From Alphaproteobacteria bacterium (lineage in GTDB: Bacteria; Pseudomonadota; Alphaproteobacteria; UBA7887), in contig CBDCGL010000011.1 of NCBI GenBank assembly GCA_965216755.1, positions 3,168,001 through 3,232,000 on the forward strand: DNA of 64,000 bases. The letters are read 5' to 3'. A model generated the notes under the pieces. It worked only from the letters and a program-made list of their open reading frames with translations, was not told the origin of the DNA and did not search any database. Positions 49,596 through 60,709 of the stretch are shown here, in pieces. The translations under genes were made by a program, and so were the position numbers. The first letter of the stretch is position 1. Every line of letters begins with the position of its first letter.

Positions 49596-51006
49596 GCGCC
49601 AACATCGTGGGATCCGGCACCGGCCGCAACAGAACGGTAAATGTGCTGCCCACGCCGACCTCGCTTTCGATCTCCAAACGCCCACGGTGGCGATTGACGA
49701 TATGTTTGACAATCGCAAGACCTAATCCGGTGCCACCCATAGCGCGCGAGCGCGCTGTATCGACGCGATAGAACCGTTCGGTCAAACGGGGCAGGTGATC
49801 GGCCGGAATACCGGGGCCCCGATCGGCGATCGAAACGCTGACGGCGGGATTGCGCCCATCGCCGTCGGCAACATCGAAGGCTGCGTCTTGATGGCGCGCG
49901 CGAATCGTTACGACCTTGCCGTCACCACCATATTTGATGGCGTTGTCGACCAGGTTCTGAAAGACTTGACCCAATTCATCGCTATCGCCGATCACCTCGG
50001 GTAGATTGCTTGGCGCATCCAAGTCGAGCGTCACATCAAGGCTGGTGGCCTTCCATTCGAGCAAGCGGCAGGTTTGCCCAAGCAACGCGCTCAGCGAAAC
50101 TGAATCGGTGGGTATTTCATGCTCACTCAATTCAATGCGCGACAAAGACAGCAGGTCTTCGACCAGCCGTGCAATGCGGGCGGCGTGATCGTCCATGAGT
50201 TTGAGAAAGCGTTCGCGGGCGGCCGCATCGTCACGGGCCGGTCCACGCAGGGTTTCGATGACTCCGATCAATGTCGTAAGCGGTGTGCGAATTTCGTGGC
50301 TGGCATTGGCGACAAAATCGGCGCGCAATTGCTCGGAGCGTCGGATCGCGGTGATGTCGTGGAGCGCAATCAGCAAAATACTGCCGTCGGGCGCTTCCGT
50401 GGATAACGCCTGGATGTGCGCCATCACGTGCCGGCGGGTGGCATCGGAGACGATGAATTCCACATCCTGCTGTGGGCCGCCGGCAAGCACGACGTCAGTC
50501 GCCTCCAGCAGCTCCGGCTCGCGTAACCAAGTTGCCAAGTCACCACCGGCGGTCGCACGCCCCAACAAGGTCTCCGCCGCGCGATTGGCGCGCACGATCG
50601 CGCGATCCTTGTTGAGCAACAGAAGCGCGTCCGGCCACGCATTGAGAATCGCATCGTTGGCGGCCAACAGCGCGCGCAGTTGATCGGTGTGGTGGCGCCA
50701 GGCGCGGTCCATGCGGCGCACCGCGGTCGAGACCTCGCGCGCCAGCGGCACCTGGCCAAAGCGCGGCGGCCGTTCGAGGCGACCACTTGTCAAGCTATCG
50801 ACATAACCACCGAGCCCATCAAGACCGGCGAACAGCGGCCAAAGGAACAACGCGGCGCCGCCGAGAGTCACGGCCCAACCAATCACGGCTGTCGCCCAAT
50901 GCAACCAACCGCCCAAAGCCAGCACGATAAAGACGATGGTGCCCGGTAGCCCGACCACGGCCAGTGTCCGCACCAAGCGTCGGGCCGCGGCCTGGCGCGG
51001 TGGCAT
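49579..51006 (-). CDS. phoR: phosphate regulon sensor kinase PhoR
   Basis: Two TM helices, PAS domain, DFVANASHEIRTPL, NLVDNAIKY, RFYRVD.ARSR..GGTGLGL. Confidence 0.95.
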   Translation of the reverse strand: MPPRQAAARRLVRTLAVVGLPGTIVFIVLALGGWLHWATAVIGWAVTLGGAALFLWPLFAGLDGLGGYVDSLTSGRLERPPRFGQVPLAREVSTAVRRMDRAWRHHTDQLRALLAANDAILNAWPDALLLLNKDRAIVRANRAAETLLGRATAGGDLATWLREPELLEATDVVLAGGPQQDVEFIVSDATRRHVMAHIQALSTEAPDGSILLIALHDITAIRRSEQLRADFVANASHEIRTPLTTLIGVIETLRGPARDDAAARERFLKLMDDHAARIARLVEDLLSLSRIELSEHEIPTDSVSLSALLGQTCRLLEWKATSLDVTLDLDAPSNLPEVIGDSDELGQVFQNLVDNAIKYGGDGKVVTIRARHQDAAFDVADGDGRNPAVSVSIADRGPGIPADHLPRLTERFYRVDTARSRAMGGTGLGLAIVKHIVNRHRGRLEIESEVGVGSTFTVLLRPVPDPTMLAPVTKP

Positions 51007-51045
51007 CAGCCTTCCCTCACGCGGCGGACGTCCGCCAGCGCGCGG

Positions 51046-53382
51046 CTATGCCCGTCGGCGGGCGCGCGCTTTGGCCAGATCGGCCGGCGGTGGCGCCTCG
51101 ATACGGGCAGCATCCAACGCCGCGAACGCCGCCATGTTGACCATTTCCGCCACGGTCGCGCTCATCGGCACGATCTGCGCGGCCCGCGCCAGGCCCGACA
51201 GAAACGGGCCAACCACGGTACCACCACCCAATTCCTGGAGCAGTTTGGTGGCAATATTGGCGCTGTGCAGGGCCGGCATGATCAGCACATTGGCGGGACC
51301 GGACAAGCGGCAGAAGGGATAGATGTTGAGCAAATCAGGGTTGAGCGCGACGTCGGCGGCGATCTCGCCGTCATACTCGAAATCGACGTCGCGTGAATCG
51401 AGCACGTCGACCGCGTCGATGATTCGCCGCGCCGATTGCAATGGGGGATTGCCGAAGTTCGAGTAGGACAACAACGCCACGCGCGGTTCATGACCCATCG
51501 ATCGCGCTTTGGCTGCCGCCTGGCAGGCAATATCCGCCAACTCCTCGGCGGTCGGCAGCGCATGTACCGTGGAATCGGCGATAAACACGGTTTTACCACG
51601 CGCCAGCATCATGGTCAGGCCAATCACCCGTTTGCCCGGCTTGGGATCGATGACCCGGCGGATGTCGGCCAACGCCACATAAGAGCTGCGCGTCAGCCCG
51701 GTGATCATGGCATCGGCGTGGCTCATGGCAACGATGCAGGCGGCGAACACATTGCGGTCCTGATTGACCAATCGCTGACAGTCGCGCCGCAGATAGCCCT
51801 GCCGTTGCAAGCGGCGGTACAAAAAGTCCGTGTAAGCCTCGTTGTGCCGGCTGAGCCGCGCATTGTGAATTTCCAACCCATCCGGCTGACGCAACCCGAT
51901 CCGCGCCATGGTTTCGAAAATGCGGTTCTCGCGACCTATCAGGATCGGTGTGCCGAAGCCGTTGGCGTGCCATTGCACCGCCGCCCGGATCACTTGTTCC
52001 TCTTCGCCTTCGGCAAACACCATGCGCGCCGGGTTGGCACGCACCGCTTCCAGAATTCGATGCATGCTGTTGGCGGTGGGATCCAAACGCGAGCGCAAGG
52101 TCAGACGATAGCTTTCCTCGTCTTCAGTGGGTTTGCCGGCAACCCCGCTGGCAATGGCGGCGCGCGCCACCGCCGCCGGTACCGCTTCGATCAAACGCGG
52201 GTCGAATGGTTTGGGAATAACATAGTCGGGCCCGTATTGCAGCCGCTGGGCCGAATAGGCCGCCGCCACTTCATCGGGCACATCTTCGCGCGCCAATGCC
52301 GCCAATGCGTCGGCCGCCGCGATCTTCATGGCGTCGTTTATGGTGCTGGCGCGCACGTCCAAGGCGCCACGGAAGATGTAGGGAAAACCCAAAACATTAT
52401 TGACTTGATTGGCATAATCCGACCGGCCGGTCGCCATGATCGCATCGTCGCGCACCGCGCGCACCGCCTCGGGCGTGATCTCCGGATCCGGATTGGCCAT
52501 GGCGAAAATAATCGGCTTGTCGGCCATGCTGGCGACCATGTCCGGGGTCATCGCGCCCTTGGCCGAAAGACCGAAAAACACGTCGGCGCCTTTGACCGCT
52601 TCGGCCAGCGTACGGTCCTTGGTGTCGATCGCATGGCCCGATTTCCATTGGTTTAGACCCGCGGTGCGCCCTCGATAGATGACACCGCGCGTGTCGCACA
52701 GAACGGCATTCTGTGGCGGCAGGCCCATGACCTTGAGCAATTCCAGGCACGCAATGCCCGCCGAGCCGGCGCCGTTAACAACAATCTTGATGTCTTCCAA
52801 CTTGCGATCGGTCAAATGGACGGCATTGATCAAGCCGGCCGCGGCAATGATCGCAGTGCCATGTTGGTCATCGTGAAACACCGGAATATCCATCGCTTCC
52901 CGCAAACGCTCTTCGATCACAAAGCATTCGGGCGCTTTGATGTCTTCCAAATTGATGCCACCCCAGCTTTTGCCGAGAAAACGCACACAATTGACAAATT
53001 CGTCGACATCCTCCGTATCGACTTCCAGATCGATGGCGTCTATGTCGGCGAACCGCTTGAACAGTACGGCCTTGCCTTCCATCACCGGCTTCGACGCCAG
53101 GGCGCCCAAATTGCCCAGCCCCAAAACCGCGGTGCCGTTCGAAATTACCGCCACCATATTGCCTTTTGAGGTGTAGTCGTACGCCAGGGCGTTTTCATTG
53201 CGGATGCGCAAGCACGGGGCCGCCACACCGGGCGAATAAGCCAGCGACAGTTCGCGAGCCGTGGTCAGGGGTTTGCTGGCGCGCACCTCCAATTTGCCCG
53301 GCTTACCGTCAGCATGAAACGCCAACGCATCGTCGTCGGACGCAACATAAGTCGAGCTGGATTCGGGCATCGTCGTATTCAC
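51046..53382 (-). CDS. maeB: NADP-dependent malic enzyme with PTA-like domain
   Basis: LSLAYSPGVA, GKAVLFK, FHDDQHGTA, MANPDPEI, C-terminal VFAEGEE. Confidence 0.96.
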   Translation of the reverse strand: MNTTMPESSSTYVASDDDALAFHADGKPGKLEVRASKPLTTARELSLAYSPGVAAPCLRIRNENALAYDYTSKGNMVAVISNGTAVLGLGNLGALASKPVMEGKAVLFKRFADIDAIDLEVDTEDVDEFVNCVRFLGKSWGGINLEDIKAPECFVIEERLREAMDIPVFHDDQHGTAIIAAAGLINAVHLTDRKLEDIKIVVNGAGSAGIACLELLKVMGLPPQNAVLCDTRGVIYRGRTAGLNQWKSGHAIDTKDRTLAEAVKGADVFFGLSAKGAMTPDMVASMADKPIIFAMANPDPEITPEAVRAVRDDAIMATGRSDYANQVNNVLGFPYIFRGALDVRASTINDAMKIAAADALAALAREDVPDEVAAAYSAQRLQYGPDYVIPKPFDPRLIEAVPAAVARAAIASGVAGKPTEDEESYRLTLRSRLDPTANSMHRILEAVRANPARMVFAEGEEEQVIRAAVQWHANGFGTPILIGRENRIFETMARIGLRQPDGLEIHNARLSRHNEAYTDFLYRRLQRQGYLRRDCQRLVNQDRNVFAACIVAMSHADAMITGLTRSSYVALADIRRVIDPKPGKRVIGLTMMLARGKTVFIADSTVHALPTAEELADIACQAAAKARSMGHEPRVALLSYSNFGNPPLQSARRIIDAVDVLDSRDVDFEYDGEIAADVALNPDLLNIYPFCRLSGPANVLIMPALHSANIATKLLQELGGGTVVGPFLSGLARAAQIVPMSATVAEMVNMAAFAALDAARIEAPPPADLAKARARRRA

Positions 53383-53496
53383 CGTTCCTGGGATTGCCTA
53401 AGGCGGCAGCGCCGCGATTCATCACTGTAGAGCGCCGCATTGGCGCCGTAAAGCATGGCGCGGCGGCGCACGCGGGCTTGTGGTATGGTGCGGGCG

Positions 53497-56223
53497 ATGG
53501 CGTCCGATCGCACCGCCGTCGGGTCTCGCAGGTTACGCCGTAGCGGTGCCGGTGAGTCCAAACCCGGCGTCACACCCATGTTTGTCCAATATCTCGATAT
53601 CAAGCAGTCGCATCCCGACAGCCTGCTGTTCTTTCGCATGGGCGATTTCTACGAGATGTTTTTCGATGACGCCGTCGCCGCCGCGGCCGCGCTCGATATC
53701 GCCCTGACCAAGCGCGGCCAATATCGCGGCGAACCGGTGCCGATGTGTGGTGTGCCCGCGCACAGCCATGAAAGCTATCTGCAGCGCTTGATACGCAAGG
53801 GCTTCAAGGTTGCGATTTGCGAGCAGACCGAAGATCCGGCCACGGCCCGCCGGCGCGGCAGCAAGGCCTTGGTCAATCGCGACGTTGTTCGGGTGGTCAC
53901 AGCCGGGACGCTGACCGAAGACGCGCTTTTGGAGTCGCGCGCCAACAATCACCTCGCGGCCTTGGCGCGGGCTGGCGGCGGCTTCGCATTGGCTTGGCTT
54001 GATATGTCGACAGGCGACTTCGCGGTTGCCGAAGCCGACCCCGCTGGTCTGGGCGCGTTGCTCGCCCAGGTGGCCCCGGGGGAACTGCTGGTCGCCGAAG
54101 CGCTCCTTGACGGTGGGCCGATGGCAACCGCACTGGCGCCGTGGCGCGCCGACATCACCGCATTGCCGCAAGCCCGCTTCGACGGCACCAACGCCGCCCG
54201 CCATCTGCTTAACCACTTCGAAGTCGCCACAATGGAGTCCTTTGGTGGCTACAGCCGCGCGGAGATTACGGCGGCAGGCGTGCTCATCGACTATGTCGCG
54301 TTGACCCAAAAGGGCCAGATGCCGCGTCTGACACCGCCGCGCCGCCAACTGCCGCGCATGGTGATGGCGATCGATGCCGCGACTCGACGCAATTTGGAAT
54401 TGACGCAGGCGATCTCGGGCGAACGGGCGCACACGTTGCTGAAAGCCATTGATCGCACGCTCACCGGTGCCGGCGCGCGGCTTTTGGCAGCGCGCCTGGC
54501 CGCGCCGTTAACCGATCGGGCCGCGATCGAAACCCGGCTTGAAGCGGTCGCCGCCTGTGTCGTCACAGCACAAGTTCGTCAGCTGATTCGCGACCGATTG
54601 CGGGGCGCCCCCGATTTAGAGCGCGGCTTCAACCGATTGATGCTGGGCCGCGGCGGCCCCCGCGATTTGGCCGCCGTGCGCGACGCGTTGGCGCGTGCCG
54701 ACGGCCTGCGTCACGAGCTGACCGGCCGCGGCGCCCCCGCCGCCATCACCGCGTTGCAAGCCGAAGCCACAGCACTCGGTAGCCACGAAACCCTGGTCGA
54801 TCGCCTAAGCCGGGCCTTGGCAGACGAACTGCCCCTGGCGGCGCGCGACGGCGGTTTCATCGCGCCCGGCTATGCCGCCGAGCTGGACAACTTGCGGACC
54901 TTGCGCGACCAAAGCCGCCGCCTGGTGGTGGAGCTGGAAGCGCGCTACCGCCAGCAGACCGGGATCAACGCGCTAAAACTCCGCCATAACAACATGCTCG
55001 GCTACTATGTCGAAGTGCCCCAGGCCCATGTCGAGAAGCTGAGCGGGCGTCCGGACCAAGCCTTCATACACCGCCAGACACTGGCCAACGCGGCGCGATT
55101 TGCCACGGCCGAACTCAGCCAGCTGGAACAAGAGATCGCCAGCGCGGCAGAACGGGCTTTGGCCCTGGAGCTGACGCTGATGGACGACTTGATCGGCGAG
55201 GTGCGTGCCCGGGGCGATGCGATCGCCGCCGCCGCGCGCGCGATGGCCACGCTGGATGTAGCCGCCGCATTGGCCGAACTGGCGATCGAACATCGTTATT
55301 GCCGCCCCGAAATCGTCGATTCGACGGAATTTGTTATCGTCGGCGGCCGCCACCCGGTGGTCGAGCAACTCGCGGTCGCGCAAGACCCCGGCGGCGACGG
55401 TTTTGTCGCCAATGACTGCACGCTCGGCGATGATGACCGATTATGGTTGTTGACCGGGCCCAACATGGCCGGCAAAAGCACTTTCTTGCGCCAGAACGCC
55501 TTGATCGCGATTTTGGCGCAAATGGGTGCGTTTGTGCCGGCCACGCACGCACGGATTGGCATAATCGACCGTCTGTTCAGCCGCGTCGGCGCGGCCGACG
55601 ACTTGGCCCGGGGGCGGTCCACATTCATGGTCGAAATGGTCGAAACCGCGGCCATTCTCAATCAGGCGGGGCCCCGCGCGCTGGTCATTTTGGATGAAAT
55701 TGGGCGCGGTACGGCCACCTATGACGGCCTCTCGATCGCCTGGGCGACCATCGAGCATTTGCACGAACGCAATCGCTGCCGCGCCTTGTTCGCGACCCAC
55801 TATCACGAATTGACGGCGCTGGCGGCGAAATTGCCGGCCCTTAACTGTCACACCATGCGCGTGCGCGAATGGCAGGATCGGATCGTGTTCCTTTATGACG
55901 TCGGCCCCGGCTCCGCAGATCGGTCTTACGGCATTCATGTCGCCCGCTTGGCTGGGCTGCCGCCGGCCGTCATCGCCCGTGCCGAACAGGTGCTGGCCGC
56001 CTTGGAGCAGGATTCGCGCACCTCGTCGGCGATGCGCCTTGCGGAAGATCTGCCCTTGTTCGCCGCCGCCTGGGGCACGGCCGGTGCGGGGGACGACGCG
56101 GCACAACCGCAGACCTCAGACATCTTGAATGCCCTGGCCGATATCGACCCGGATGCGCTGTCGCCGCGGCAGGCACTGGAGTTGGTTTATCGCTTGAAAG
56201 AGTTGGCGTCAGCACCATCCTAG
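53497..56223 (+). CDS. mutS: DNA mismatch repair protein MutS (start approximate)
   Basis: [38 protein letters not shown]. Confidence 0.98.
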   Translation: MASDRTAVGSRRLRRSGAGESKPGVTPMFVQYLDIKQSHPDSLLFFRMGDFYEMFFDDAVAAAAALDIALTKRGQYRGEPVPMCGVPAHSHESYLQRLIRKGFKVAICEQTEDPATARRRGSKALVNRDVVRVVTAGTLTEDALLESRANNHLAALARAGGGFALAWLDMSTGDFAVAEADPAGLGALLAQVAPGELLVAEALLDGGPMATALAPWRADITALPQARFDGTNAARHLLNHFEVATMESFGGYSRAEITAAGVLIDYVALTQKGQMPRLTPPRRQLPRMVMAIDAATRRNLELTQAISGERAHTLLKAIDRTLTGAGARLLAARLAAPLTDRAAIETRLEAVAACVVTAQVRQLIRDRLRGAPDLERGFNRLMLGRGGPRDLAAVRDALARADGLRHELTGRGAPAAITALQAEATALGSHETLVDRLSRALADELPLAARDGGFIAPGYAAELDNLRTLRDQSRRLVVELEARYRQQTGINALKLRHNNMLGYYVEVPQAHVEKLSGRPDQAFIHRQTLANAARFATAELSQLEQEIASAAERALALELTLMDDLIGEVRARGDAIAAAARAMATLDVAAALAELAIEHRYCRPEIVDSTEFVIVGGRHPVVEQLAVAQDPGGDGFVANDCTLGDDDRLWLLTGPNMAGKSTFLRQNALIAILAQMGAFVPATHARIGIIDRLFSRVGAADDLARGRSTFMVEMVETAAILNQAGPRALVILDEIGRGTATYDGLSIAWATIEHLHERNRCRALFATHYHELTALAAKLPALNCHTMRVREWQDRIVFLYDVGPGSADRSYGIHVARLAGLPPAVIARAEQVLAALEQDSRTSSAMRLAEDLPLFAAAWGTAGAGDDAAQPQTSDILNALADIDPDALSPRQALELVYRLKELASAPS

Positions 56224-56298
56224 AGCCGGCATGGTCGGCGGGGTGGCGGCGGACTATACTTTGCTTGAGATTGTTACGGTTGGGCCAATCTGATCGGC

Positions 56299-59064
56299 AT
56301 GGAACGCGTTCCGAAACAAAGGGCGATTTTTGACCGCCGACAGGTGGCGGCGGACATCGACCATATGATCGAATCCGGCGCCACCGGGGCGCCGTTGCGC
56401 AAGGCGTTTTTGGAACGGATGAAAATGGCCTTGGCCAATGGGCGCGCCGAGATTGGAGCGCGTTTGGAATCTGGCCGCGACGGCGCCGCCCAGGCGGCGG
56501 CGACCGCCTTTCTGATCGATCAAATCATTACCGTCGCCTTCGATATGGCAGCGCATCGCGTGTTTCCCGAAGCCAATCCAACCGCAACCGACCGCCTGTC
56601 GTTGGTCGCGGTCGGCGGCTATGGACGTGGCGAAATGGCGCCGTTCTCAGACGTCGACCTGTTGTTCTTGCATCCTTACAAGACGACGCCGCGCGGCGAA
56701 CAGATCGTTGAATACATTCTGTATTTGCTGTGGGACTTAGGATTGACCGTTGGCCAAGCGACGCGCTCGGTCGACGAATGCATTGCACGCGCCAAACGCG
56801 ATATCACGATCCGAACGACCCTTCTGGAAGCCCGTTTTATCTATGGCGATCAAAGCTTGTACGCGGATTTGCGCGAGCGTTTTGATCGCGAGCTGGTCGC
56901 GCGCACGGGCCTGGCGTTTCTTGAGGCGAAATTGAAGGAACGCGACGACCGCCATCAAAAGATGGGCGATTCGCGTTATGTGCTGGAGCCCAATATCAAA
57001 GACGGCAAAGGCGGCCTGCGCGACCTGCACACGCTGTTTTGGATCGCGAAGTATTTGTATCGGTGCGAGGCGGTCGGTGACTTGGTGGCCCGCGGCGTCT
57101 TGACCGCGGACGAACGGCGCACATTTCGACGCGCCCACCGTTTCCTGTGGACCGTGCGCTTTTTCCTGCACGGCCTGACCAACCGGGCCGAGGAACGCCT
57201 GACTTTTGACGTGCAACCGGCGATCGCCGAAGCCATGCAATATACCGATCACGCCGGTAGCCGCGGCGTCGAACGATTCATGAAGCATTATTATTTGATT
57301 GCTAAGGATGTTGGCGATCTGACCCGAATCTTTTGCGCGGACCTAGAGGTCAAGCATCAACGCCGGTCACCGTTGAGCCTGCCGCGTTTGGGCGGCACGC
57401 GCAATATCGAGGGATTTGCCGTCGAACGTGGCCGCTTGACGGTACGCAAAGACAACAGCTTCAAGGCGGAACCGATCCGCATGATCAAGCTGTTTCACGT
57501 CGCGCACAATCACGGCCTTGATATTCACCCAACAGCGCTGCGCTTGATCACGCGAAACTTGGGCCAAATCAACGCGCGGCTGCGCGCCGACCGCGAAGCG
57601 AATCGCCTGTTCCTGGAAATCCTCACTTCGCGCACCAATCCGGAAATGACCTTGCGGCGAATGAACGAAGCCGGCGTATTGGGCCGCTTTATTCCCGATT
57701 TCGGCCGCGTGGTCGCGCAGACCCAGCACGACATGTATCACGTCTATACGGTGGATGAGCACACGCTGTTTGCGATTGGCATTCTGTCGCGTATCGAGCA
57801 CGGCTTGCTCACCGAAGAATTGCCGTTGGCAAGCGAGATCGTCCACGACGTGCAATCGCGTGCGGCCTTGTATCTGAGCGTGTTTCTGCACGATATCGGC
57901 AAAGGGCGCGGTGGCAGTCATTCCGACATCGGCGCGCGCATTGCGCGCAAAGTCGGGCCGCGTCTGGGCTTAAGCCAAGAAGAAACCGAGACCACGTCGT
58001 GGCTTGTGCAAAACCATCTGTTGCTGTCGAACGCGGCATTCAAGCGCGACCTGGGCGACCCCAAGACCATTCGCGATGTCGCCGCCATTGTTCAATCGGC
58101 CGAACGCTTGCGCCTGTTGCTGGTCCTCACCGTTGCCGATATTCGGGCGGTCGGGCCCAATGTTTGGAATGGTTGGAAAGGCGAATTGTTGCGCACCTTA
58201 CATCGTGAAACCGCCGCCGCGCTTACCGGTGGTTATGACGAGAAAGACCAGATCGGGCGCATTGCGGCGGCCCAGGACGCGGTGCGCGCCAAATTGTCTG
58301 ACTGGTCGCCGGACGATGTTGAAACGTTCATTGCACGCGGTTATCCGGCCTATTGGCTGTCGCTCAACACCGAAACCCAGGTGCGCCACGCCCAGATGAT
58401 GCGCGATGCCGACCGCAGCGGTGCGCCGCTGCACATGGAAACCCGCATCGACAGTTTTCGTTCGGTCACCGAGTTGACCCTGTACGCCGCCGATCATCAT
58501 GGGTTGTTTGCCGGCATTGCCGGCGCCATGGCGGTGTGCGGTGCCTCGGTGGTCAATGCCCGCATCAACACCACCACCGACGGCCGCGCCATCGATACTT
58601 TTTGGATTCAGGATCAAGATGGCAATCCGTTTGCGCGCCCAGATCGCTTGGCGCGTTTGTCCGCGACCATCGAACAGACCCTGGCCAATGATTTCAAGCC
58701 AGCCGATGCGCTGGCCCGCAAGACGTCCTTGCCGAGCCGCACATCGGTGTTCAAAGTGGCCCCGCGTGTGCTGATCGACAACCGTGCCAGCACAACCCAT
58801 ACCGTGATTGAGATCAACGCGCGCGACCGAATCGGTTTGATTTATGACGTGGCGCGCACGTTGGTGGCCCTTCGCCTGTCGGTCGCGATCGCGCGCATCA
58901 ATACATTTGGCGAACGCGCGGTCGATGTGTTCTATGTCAAGGATCCGTTCGGTATGAAAGTCGTGCAACAACAGAAGATTGAACAGGTCCGCGCGGCATT
59001 GCTGAAAGCGATTGCCGGCGAAACTGCTGACATTGGGGCCGCTGTTGCCGATGCCGCAGAGTAG
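56299..59064 (+). CDS. glnD: PII uridylyltransferase/uridylyl-removing enzyme
   Basis: AVGGYGRGE..PFSDVDLL, HVYTVDEH, LHDIGKG, two ACT domains. Confidence 0.98.
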   Translation: MERVPKQRAIFDRRQVAADIDHMIESGATGAPLRKAFLERMKMALANGRAEIGARLESGRDGAAQAAATAFLIDQIITVAFDMAAHRVFPEANPTATDRLSLVAVGGYGRGEMAPFSDVDLLFLHPYKTTPRGEQIVEYILYLLWDLGLTVGQATRSVDECIARAKRDITIRTTLLEARFIYGDQSLYADLRERFDRELVARTGLAFLEAKLKERDDRHQKMGDSRYVLEPNIKDGKGGLRDLHTLFWIAKYLYRCEAVGDLVARGVLTADERRTFRRAHRFLWTVRFFLHGLTNRAEERLTFDVQPAIAEAMQYTDHAGSRGVERFMKHYYLIAKDVGDLTRIFCADLEVKHQRRSPLSLPRLGGTRNIEGFAVERGRLTVRKDNSFKAEPIRMIKLFHVAHNHGLDIHPTALRLITRNLGQINARLRADREANRLFLEILTSRTNPEMTLRRMNEAGVLGRFIPDFGRVVAQTQHDMYHVYTVDEHTLFAIGILSRIEHGLLTEELPLASEIVHDVQSRAALYLSVFLHDIGKGRGGSHSDIGARIARKVGPRLGLSQEETETTSWLVQNHLLLSNAAFKRDLGDPKTIRDVAAIVQSAERLRLLLVLTVADIRAVGPNVWNGWKGELLRTLHRETAAALTGGYDEKDQIGRIAAAQDAVRAKLSDWSPDDVETFIARGYPAYWLSLNTETQVRHAQMMRDADRSGAPLHMETRIDSFRSVTELTLYAADHHGLFAGIAGAMAVCGASVVNARINTTTDGRAIDTFWIQDQDGNPFARPDRLARLSATIEQTLANDFKPADALARKTSLPSRTSVFKVAPRVLIDNRASTTHTVIEINARDRIGLIYDVARTLVALRLSVAIARINTFGERAVDVFYVKDPFGMKVVQQQKIEQVRAALLKAIAGETADIGAAVADAAE

Positions 59065-59125
59065 CGTGCGTCCGCTATTGACTCTTGATGCTATCGATGT
59101 GACCGCGATCGGGATGTGGTACTGA

Positions 59126-60682
59126 ATGGCGCTGCTGCGCTTCGCCGCGACGGTTGGCTCCTACACCATGCTGTCGCGCATCCTTGGTTTTTTGCGCGAC
59201 ATCCTGATCGCCCGTTATGTCGGCGCATCGGACGTCGGCGACGCGTTTTTCGTCGCCTTCAAGATCCCCAATCTGTTTCGGCGGCTGTTTGCCGAAGGCG
59301 CATTCAATTTGGCTTTCGTGCCGCTGTTTTCGGGCAAGCTCAAGGGTGATGGCCGCGCCGCCGCGCGACGCTTCGCCGAAGATGCCGTGGCGATTCTGCT
59401 GGTTGCGCTGGTCGGGTTCCTGTGCCTGGCAGAAATTTTCATGCCGTGGTTGGTGACCTTGTTCGCGCCCGGCTTTATCACCGACGCGGACAAGTTCAGC
59501 CTGACCGTGCACCTGACCCGGCTGACCTTCGTCTACCTGGTTTTCATATCGCTGGTATCGCTGATGGGCGGCCTGCTCAACAGCTTGGACCGATTTGCCG
59601 CCGTGGCGGCGACGCCGATCTTGCTCAATATTGTCCTGATCACGACCATGGTGGCGTTCGCAAACGCGACGCCGACGCCGGCACACGCCTTGGCCTGGGG
59701 CGTCGCCATCGCCGGCGCGGTGCAGTTCTTGTGGCTGGCGTGGAATTGCCATCGCGCGGGAATCTTGCCAGCCCTGCCGCGGCCGCGGCTGAACGCGGAC
59801 ATGAAACGCTTGCTGGTCCTGATGTTGCCGGCCGCGCTCGGTGCCGGAGTCTATCAAATCAATTTGGTGGTCGACATGGTCATCGCCTCGATCCTGCCGC
59901 GCGGCTCGGTTTCGTTTCTTTATTATGCCGACCGCGTTGTGCAATTGCCGCTGGGAGTCATCGGCGTGGCCGTCGGCACCGCCTTGCTGCCCATGCTTTC
60001 GCGCCATGTCCGCGCCGGCGAGGTAGCCGCCGCCCATGACAGCCAGAATCGCGCGTTGGAATTCGCACTTTTGCTCACCCTGCCCGCCGCGGCCGCGCTG
60101 ATGACCATCGCCGGACCGATCATCTCGGTGCTGTTCGAGCGGGGTGCGTTTACCACCAGCGACAGCCTGGCCGCCGCCGCCGCGCTGGCAGCCTACGCGG
60201 TTGGTTTGCCGGCATTCGTTCTGATCAAGGTCGTCGCGCCCGGTTACTTCGCGCGCCAAGACACCAAGACCCCGCTTTACATTGCGTGTGTTGCCTTGGT
60301 TGCCAATGTGGTTCTGAATTTGCTCCTGATGGGGCCGCTGGCGCATGCTGGCATCGCCTTGGCGTCATCTCTGTCGTCCTGGTTAAACGCCGGACTGTTG
60401 ATGCTGGGTTTGCACCGGCGCGGCCACCTGGTCGCCGACTCACAATTGTTGCGGCGCGTGCCGCGCATGGTCATCGCGGCGTGTCTGCTGGCCGTGGCGT
60501 TATGGGCTGCCGCGCCGCTGGCCGCCCCCTGGTTGGCCGCATCTCTGGGGCAGAAGATCGTTGCGTTGGCCGGCCTGGTCGCGATGGGGCTGCTGGTGTT
60601 TGTGGTCGCGGCGGAGTTGTGCGGGGCAATGCGCGGCCGCGAGTTGGCCCAAATGCTGCGCCGACGCCCGTCTCCGGGATAG
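59126..60682 (+). CDS. murJ: lipid II flippase MurJ
   Basis: [31 protein letters not shown]. Confidence 0.97.
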   Translation: MALLRFAATVGSYTMLSRILGFLRDILIARYVGASDVGDAFFVAFKIPNLFRRLFAEGAFNLAFVPLFSGKLKGDGRAAARRFAEDAVAILLVALVGFLCLAEIFMPWLVTLFAPGFITDADKFSLTVHLTRLTFVYLVFISLVSLMGGLLNSLDRFAAVAATPILLNIVLITTMVAFANATPTPAHALAWGVAIAGAVQFLWLAWNCHRAGILPALPRPRLNADMKRLLVLMLPAALGAGVYQINLVVDMVIASILPRGSVSFLYYADRVVQLPLGVIGVAVGTALLPMLSRHVRAGEVAAAHDSQNRALEFALLLTLPAAAALMTIAGPIISVLFERGAFTTSDSLAAAAALAAYAVGLPAFVLIKVVAPGYFARQDTKTPLYIACVALVANVVLNLLLMGPLAHAGIALASSLSSWLNAGLLMLGLHRRGHLVADSQLLRRVPRMVIAACLLAVALWAAAPLAAPWLAASLGQKIVALAGLVAMGLLVFVVAAELCGAMRGRELAQMLRRRPSPG

Positions 60683-60709
60683 ACCGCCGGTTCATTGGTT
60701 GCGTATTGG

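Noticed and set aside
56220-56229. CTAGAGCCG at the mutS stop, resembling the start of the MITE terminal repeat
   Set aside because: The match is only 9 nt, with no GTGTCCGACAA core and no element body; compatible with chance.
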